Part shown: piece after piece, positions 59,647 through 64,000 of the stretch
How positions within the stretch are numbered: position 1 is the first letter of the stretch
Layout of the letters: the number at the start of each line of letters is the position of its first letter
Assembly (NCBI GenBank): GCA_046290465.1
Contig: JBKAGP010000001.1
Coordinates: 160,001 to 224,000 of the forward strand
Direction of reading: 5' to 3'
DNA: 64,000 nt
DNA from: Planctomycetota bacterium
GTDB lineage: Bacteria; Planctomycetota; UBA1135; UBA2386
Program-made: the position numbers and the translations under genes
Notes under the pieces: generated by a model
The model's input: the letters and a program-made list of their open reading frames with translations, nothing else
What the model was told of the DNA's origin: nothing
The model's database searches: none

Positions 59647-59710
59647 CGTGTCCTCCGTGACAGGTGGCAGACCGGGGGGCAGCGGTGTCGTTCGTGGTGC
59701 CGTTCGCCAA

Positions 59711-59784
59711 GTGGCGCAGGATGAACCCGGTTCGGTATGCGGCCCCGAGTGGCGCAGGATGAACCGGGTTCGGTATGCGGTGGT
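59711..59784. repeat. Right inverted-repeat/REP cluster of the RAYT element
   Basis: Two copies of GTGGCGCAGGATGAACC(C/G)GGTTCGGTATGCGG; 59749-59784 is the exact reverse complement of 58485-58520. Confidence 0.92.
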
Positions 59785-59928
59785 AGGATGGGGGACGGGT
59801 GCCGATGCGGGGGACCTGGTGAGCAAGGCCGGGTTTCCCGAGGTCGACTGCCGCAGCTACAACGCGAAGCTGCGCCCGACGACCGTCGAGCCGCCGCCGC
59901 CACCCCCCAAGCCCGTCAGGAAGCGTCG

Positions 59929-60873
59929 ATGATCCGAGCCCTCGTATGCACGTTCTCGCTGCTCGTCGGCGCCTGCCAGGCCCCCGGCGGTGCGCCGCCT
60001 GCCGCCGTCGAACTGTTCGTGCTCGGCATCGCGCAGGACGGCGGCCTGCCCCACCTCGGCTGCGAGAAGCCCTGCTGCGTGGCGGCGCGGGCGGCGGGGC
60101 GCGTCGAGTATCCGGCGTGCCTCGGCGTCGTCGATCGCCGTAGCGGCACCGAACGGCTGCTGCTGGTCGAAGCGACGCCACGGATCGAGGAGCAGACCGC
60201 GTTGCTGCACCGACTCGCCGGCGTCACCGGCCGAGGCCGCGCGCCGGTCGACGCCGTGATGGTCACCCACGCCCACATCGGCCACTACCTCGGCCTCGCC
60301 CTGTTCGGCCGCGAAGTCGTCGGTGCCGAGCAACTGCCGGTGTGGTGCTCGCCGCGGTTCGCCGACTACCTGCGCGGCCACGGTCCGTGGCAGCAGCTGG
60401 TCGAGCTCGGCCAGATCGACGTGCGCGCATTCGAGGTCGGCTCGGCGTTCGCACCGTGGCACGGCGTCTCGGTGCGCGCGGTGCCGGTGCCGCATCGCGA
60501 CGAGTTCTCAGACACGATGGCCTACGTGATCTCGGGCCCGAACCGCCGGGTGCTGTTCGTGCCCGACGTCGACGCCTGGGAGAAGGCGCCGGGCCTGCTC
60601 GACCGCCTGCTCGACGGCGTCGATGTCGCCTACCTCGACGCGACCTTCTACGACGGCAGCGAGCTGCCCGGCCGTTCGCTCGACGAGATCCCGCACCCGC
60701 TGATGACGCGCACGATGGACCGGCTGCAACCGCAGGCCGACGCGCATCCCGGCCGCCTGCGGTTCCTGCACCTCAACCACACCAATCCGGCGCTGCACGA
60801 CCCGGCGCTGCGGCGGCGCATCGAGGCGCGCGGCTTCCGGGTCGCCGAGATGGGAGAACGGGTAGTGCTCTGA
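59929..60873 (+). CDS. PqqB-like MBL-fold metallo-hydrolase, probable lipoprotein
   Basis: LGIAQDGGLPH.GC..PCC, THAHIGHY, VPHRDE, LDATF, HLNHTN; lipobox VGAC. Confidence 0.82.
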   Translation: MIRALVCTFSLLVGACQAPGGAPPAAVELFVLGIAQDGGLPHLGCEKPCCVAARAAGRVEYPACLGVVDRRSGTERLLLVEATPRIEEQTALLHRLAGVTGRGRAPVDAVMVTHAHIGHYLGLALFGREVVGAEQLPVWCSPRFADYLRGHGPWQQLVELGQIDVRAFEVGSAFAPWHGVSVRAVPVPHRDEFSDTMAYVISGPNRRVLFVPDVDAWEKAPGLLDRLLDGVDVAYLDATFYDGSELPGRSLDEIPHPLMTRTMDRLQPQADAHPGRLRFLHLNHTNPALHDPALRRRIEARGFRVAEMGERVVL

Positions 60874-60930
60874 GGCGGGGCGGCGACTTCGCCGACGCGC
60901 GGCTTGCGCGGTGGCGGATCGTCGGATCGC

Positions 60931-63219
60931 ATGGCGCCTGCCGTGAACACCTCCACGAAGCCGGTGCGCGCCGACGGGCGCGCGACTCCGGGCTGCAGCG
61001 GGCTTCGGCTGCTGGCGACGCTCTGCCTGCTGGCGCTCGCGGTGACGGCGCAGCGCCCGCCCGCACCGACGACCGAGTCGCCAACCGAGCCTCCGGCCGC
61101 GGCCGAGGTCCGCATCGGCCTCGTGCTCAGCGGCGGCGGCGCGCGCGGCTGCGCCCACGTCGGCGTGCTGCAGGTGCTGGAGGAGCTGCGCGTGCCGGTG
61201 CACTGCATCGCCGGCACCAGCATGGGCTCGATCGTCGGCGGGCTCTACGCCTACGGCCTGTCGCCCGAGCAGCTCGCCGCCGAGGTCGTGCGCACCGGCG
61301 ACCGCCGACCGTGGTCGGTGTTGCTGCAGGACAGCTCGAAGCGATCGGCCCGCACGTTCCGTCGCAAGCAGGAGGACTTCGAGCTGCTGGTCGACGTCGG
61401 CCTCGGTCTGCACGACGGGGAGCTGCGCATGCCCAAGGGCCTGCTGCAGGGACAGAACCTGATGCTCGAGCTGCTCGCGTTGACGCCGCGCGCGCACGCG
61501 CTGCGCAGCTTCGACGAACTGCCGCTGCCGTACCGGGCGGTGGCGGTGGCGCTGCGCACCGGCGAGCCGGTGGTGCTCGCGCGCGGCAGCCTCGCCGAGG
61601 CGATGCGGGCCAGCATGTCGCTGCCGGGCATCTTCGCGCCGGCGGTGGTCGACGGAGTCGAACTGCTCGACGGCGGCCTGGTCGACAACGTGCCGATCGC
61701 GGTGGCGCGGGCGATGGGGGCGACCCACGTGATCGTCGTCGACATCGGCACGCCGGTGGAGATCGACGAGGTCGGCTCGGCGCTCGACGTGTCGACGCAG
61801 ATGGTGCAGATACTGACCCAGCAGAACGTCGACCGCAGCCTCGCGACGCTCGAGGACGGCGACGTCTACATCCAGCCCGATCTCGGCGACATCACGTCGG
61901 CGGACTTCGAGCGCGCCGACGAGTCGATCGCGATCGGCGCGGCGGCCGCGCGCGCGGTCGCCGAGCAACTGCGTCGGCATGCGCTCGCCCCGGAGGCCTA
62001 CGACCGCTGGCGGGCTTCCCAGCGGCGCGCGGTGCAACCGGCGCCGCGGATCCGCCGGGTCGTGCTCGACAACCGTTCGGGTCTGGGCGACGCGTTGCTG
62101 CGCGGCCGGCTGCGGGCGCGCCCCGGCGACCGGCTCGATCTCGAACGGCTGCGCGTCGACCTCGAACGCATCCACGGCCTCGGCGACTTCGAGAGCGTGA
62201 CGTTCACGATCCGCGCGATCGAACCCGGCAGCGTCGACGTGATCGTGCACGCGGTCGACAAGTCGTGGGGGCCGACCTACCTCAAGTTCGGCCTGGGTCT
62301 GACCACCGACCTCGAAGGCACCAGCGCGTTCGAACTCGGCGTGCAGGTCAACGTGCGCGAGATCAACGAGCTCGGCGCCGAGTGGCGCACGACCGGAACG
62401 GTCGGCGACCGCAGCAGCGTGCTCAGCGAGTTCTACCAGCCGTTGACGCCCGACGGCCGGCTGTTCTTCGCGCCGCGGGTCTCGGCGAGTAACGACGAGG
62501 CGGCCAGCAGCGTCGGCACCGTCGACTTCCGGCTGCACGCGATCGGCGTCGACCTCGGCTGCAACATCGGCTCGTGGGGCGAACTGCGCGTCGGCTACTC
62601 GCGCCTGTGGGGCGACGTCGACCCGGACTTCGTGATCGCGACGCAGGGCTTCGACTTCGACGACGGGGTGCTCGAAGCCCAGTGCATCGCCGACACGCTC
62701 GACGACGCCAGCTACCCGCGCTCCGGGGTCCGCACGGGCTTGGCCTACCTGTACGGCGACGATGCGTTCGGCGGCGAGGTCGAGTACCAGAAGCTGTCGG
62801 GGTCCGGAGTCGGCTACACGTCGGTGGGGCGGACCACGTTCGGGCTGGGCGTGGCCTACGAGACCGCGCTTGCTGGCACGCTGCCGATCTACCGCACGCC
62901 GGCGCTCGGCGGGTTCTCGCGGCTGTCGGGTTACGACGACAACACCGTCAACGGCCAGCACACCGGGTTCGTCGGCGTGCTCGTGCGGCACCGGCTGGCG
63001 GGCCGGCACGGCGATTCGTTCGACTTCCCGGTCTACGTCGGTGCGACGCTCGAGACCGGCAATGGGTGGGCGACGCGGAACGATGTCTGGCGGCGGCTGC
63101 GGCTCGCGGGCAGCGTATTCGTGTCGGTCAACACGCCGCTCGGCCCGTGCTACCTGGCCTACGGACAGGGAGAAGGCGGGGCGCGCTCGGCCTACCTCTA
63201 CATCGGCCAGCCGTTCTGA
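60931..63219 (+). CDS. Patatin-like phospholipase with POTRA-like and beta-barrel domains (PlpD/type Vd-like)
   Basis: LSGGGARG, GTSMG, DGG; C-terminal YLYIGQPF barrel signature. Confidence 0.88.
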   Translation: MAPAVNTSTKPVRADGRATPGCSGLRLLATLCLLALAVTAQRPPAPTTESPTEPPAAAEVRIGLVLSGGGARGCAHVGVLQVLEELRVPVHCIAGTSMGSIVGGLYAYGLSPEQLAAEVVRTGDRRPWSVLLQDSSKRSARTFRRKQEDFELLVDVGLGLHDGELRMPKGLLQGQNLMLELLALTPRAHALRSFDELPLPYRAVAVALRTGEPVVLARGSLAEAMRASMSLPGIFAPAVVDGVELLDGGLVDNVPIAVARAMGATHVIVVDIGTPVEIDEVGSALDVSTQMVQILTQQNVDRSLATLEDGDVYIQPDLGDITSADFERADESIAIGAAAARAVAEQLRRHALAPEAYDRWRASQRRAVQPAPRIRRVVLDNRSGLGDALLRGRLRARPGDRLDLERLRVDLERIHGLGDFESVTFTIRAIEPGSVDVIVHAVDKSWGPTYLKFGLGLTTDLEGTSAFELGVQVNVREINELGAEWRTTGTVGDRSSVLSEFYQPLTPDGRLFFAPRVSASNDEAASSVGTVDFRLHAIGVDLGCNIGSWGELRVGYSRLWGDVDPDFVIATQGFDFDDGVLEAQCIADTLDDASYPRSGVRTGLAYLYGDDAFGGEVEYQKLSGSGVGYTSVGRTTFGLGVAYETALAGTLPIYRTPALGGFSRLSGYDDNTVNGQHTGFVGVLVRHRLAGRHGDSFDFPVYVGATLETGNGWATRNDVWRRLRLAGSVFVSVNTPLGPCYLAYGQGEGGARSAYLYIGQPF

Positions 63220-63266
63220 GCGTGACGTTGGCGGTGCTGTGCCGCGGTGCGAGCCGGTGCTACCGG

Positions 63267-63340
63267 GGCCCGGATTACGCGCGGCGCGGAGCTACAGAGC
63301 GGCCCGGACTAACAGCGCGGCCCGAACCTACAGCGCGGCC
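63267..63340. repeat. Four imperfect ~18-bp tandem repeats overlapping the tkt stop
   Basis: GGCCCGGATTACGCGC / GGCGCGGAGCTACAGAGC / GGCCCGGACTAACAGCGC / GGCCCGAACCTACAGCGC. Confidence 0.7.
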
Positions 63341-64000
63341 TTCACCCGCGCCGCGACGTTGGCCGGCGTGAAGCCGAAGTGCTCGGCCACCGCGCCGCCA
63401 GGGGCGCTGGCGCCGAAGCCGCTGTGGCCGATGCAGCGATCGAGTCGGCCGGTCAGCTGGCACCACCATTCGGGGCGGCCCATCTCGACGGCGAAGCGCG
63501 GCGCGCTGCCGAGCACGCCCTGCACGTAGGCGTCGTCCTGTTCGTGGAACAGCTCGAGGCAGGGGATCGACACGACGCGCGTCGGCACGCCGTCGGCAGC
63601 GAGGGCCTTGGCGGCGTCGACGGCGAGCGAGACCTCGGCACCGGTCGCGCAGATGGTCGCCTTGGCGTCGTCGGCGTCGACGAGCACGTAGCCGCCGCGC
63701 AGCGCCTGCTTGGGATCCCAGCCGTCGCCGTGCGGCAGCGGCGGCAGGCCCTGGCGCGTCAGCGCCAGCGTCACCGGGCCGCCCTTGCGCGTCAGCGCGT
63801 GGGTCCACGCCGCCGCGGTCTCCGGGCCGTCGGCCGGGCGGAACACGTGCAGGTTGGGGATCGCGCGCAGCGTAGCGAGGTGCTCGACCGGCTGGTGGGT
63901 GGGGCCGTCCTCGCCGACCATCAGGCTGTCGTGCGTGAACACGAACGTCGCCGAGATCTTCATCAGCGACGCGAGCCGGATCGGCGTGCGCATGTAGTCG
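63328..64000 (-). CDS. tkt: Transketolase (C-terminal part; runs off the window)
   Basis: [40 protein letters not shown]. Confidence 0.95.
   Translation of the reverse strand, partial: DYMRTPIRLASLMKISATFVFTHDSLMVGEDGPTHQPVEHLATLRAIPNLHVFRPADGPETAAAWTHALTRKGGPVTLALTRQGLPPLPHGDGWDPKQALRGGYVLVDADDAKATICATGAEVSLAVDAAKALAADGVPTRVVSIPCLELFHEQDDAYVQGVLGSAPRFAVEMGRPEWWCQLTGRLDRCIGHSGFGASAPGGAVAEHFGFTPANVAARVKAAL

Overview
High-GC bacterial chromosomal window. The lineage is probably Planctomycetota (inference from ECF sigma/Ser-Thr kinase pairs, a prepilin-type protein and many large secreted proteins). About 35 real genes can be supported; most other ORFs in the track are shadow frames. The backbone carries a giant TPR protein (partial), a pilin-like protein, an Rsm22-like methyltransferase, three Ser/Thr kinases, SelU/MnmH, an ECF sigma factor, PpiC, peptidases (M49, S41, M12, S9), a glyco-acylation operon, a truncated haemoglobin/NsrR pair, Fhs, a PqqB-like hydrolase, a PlpD-like patatin and partial Tkt. 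An accessory/defence-like block (~33.5-44 kb) holds a PLD-helicase-DUF3427 gene, a NucS-type nuclease remnant, an orphan PD-(D/E)xK-like gene, and a 2.9 kb islet integrated at tRNA-Pro(TGG) with a dead integrase and two intact cargo genes, one ending in an SSB-like DIPF tail. Most notable: (i) a ~130-aa C-terminal module shared by five unrelated secreted proteins, a candidate sorting/anchoring domain; (ii) a Y1 HUH (RAYT-like) transposase flanked by long inverted repeats whose ~30-bp unit also forms stand-alone clusters in the window; (iii) a duplicated ECF-kinase unit in which the second sigma gene is reduced to a copied upstream motif plus a 12-codon coupled mini-ORF. All calls come from reading motifs by eye; no database searches were run.
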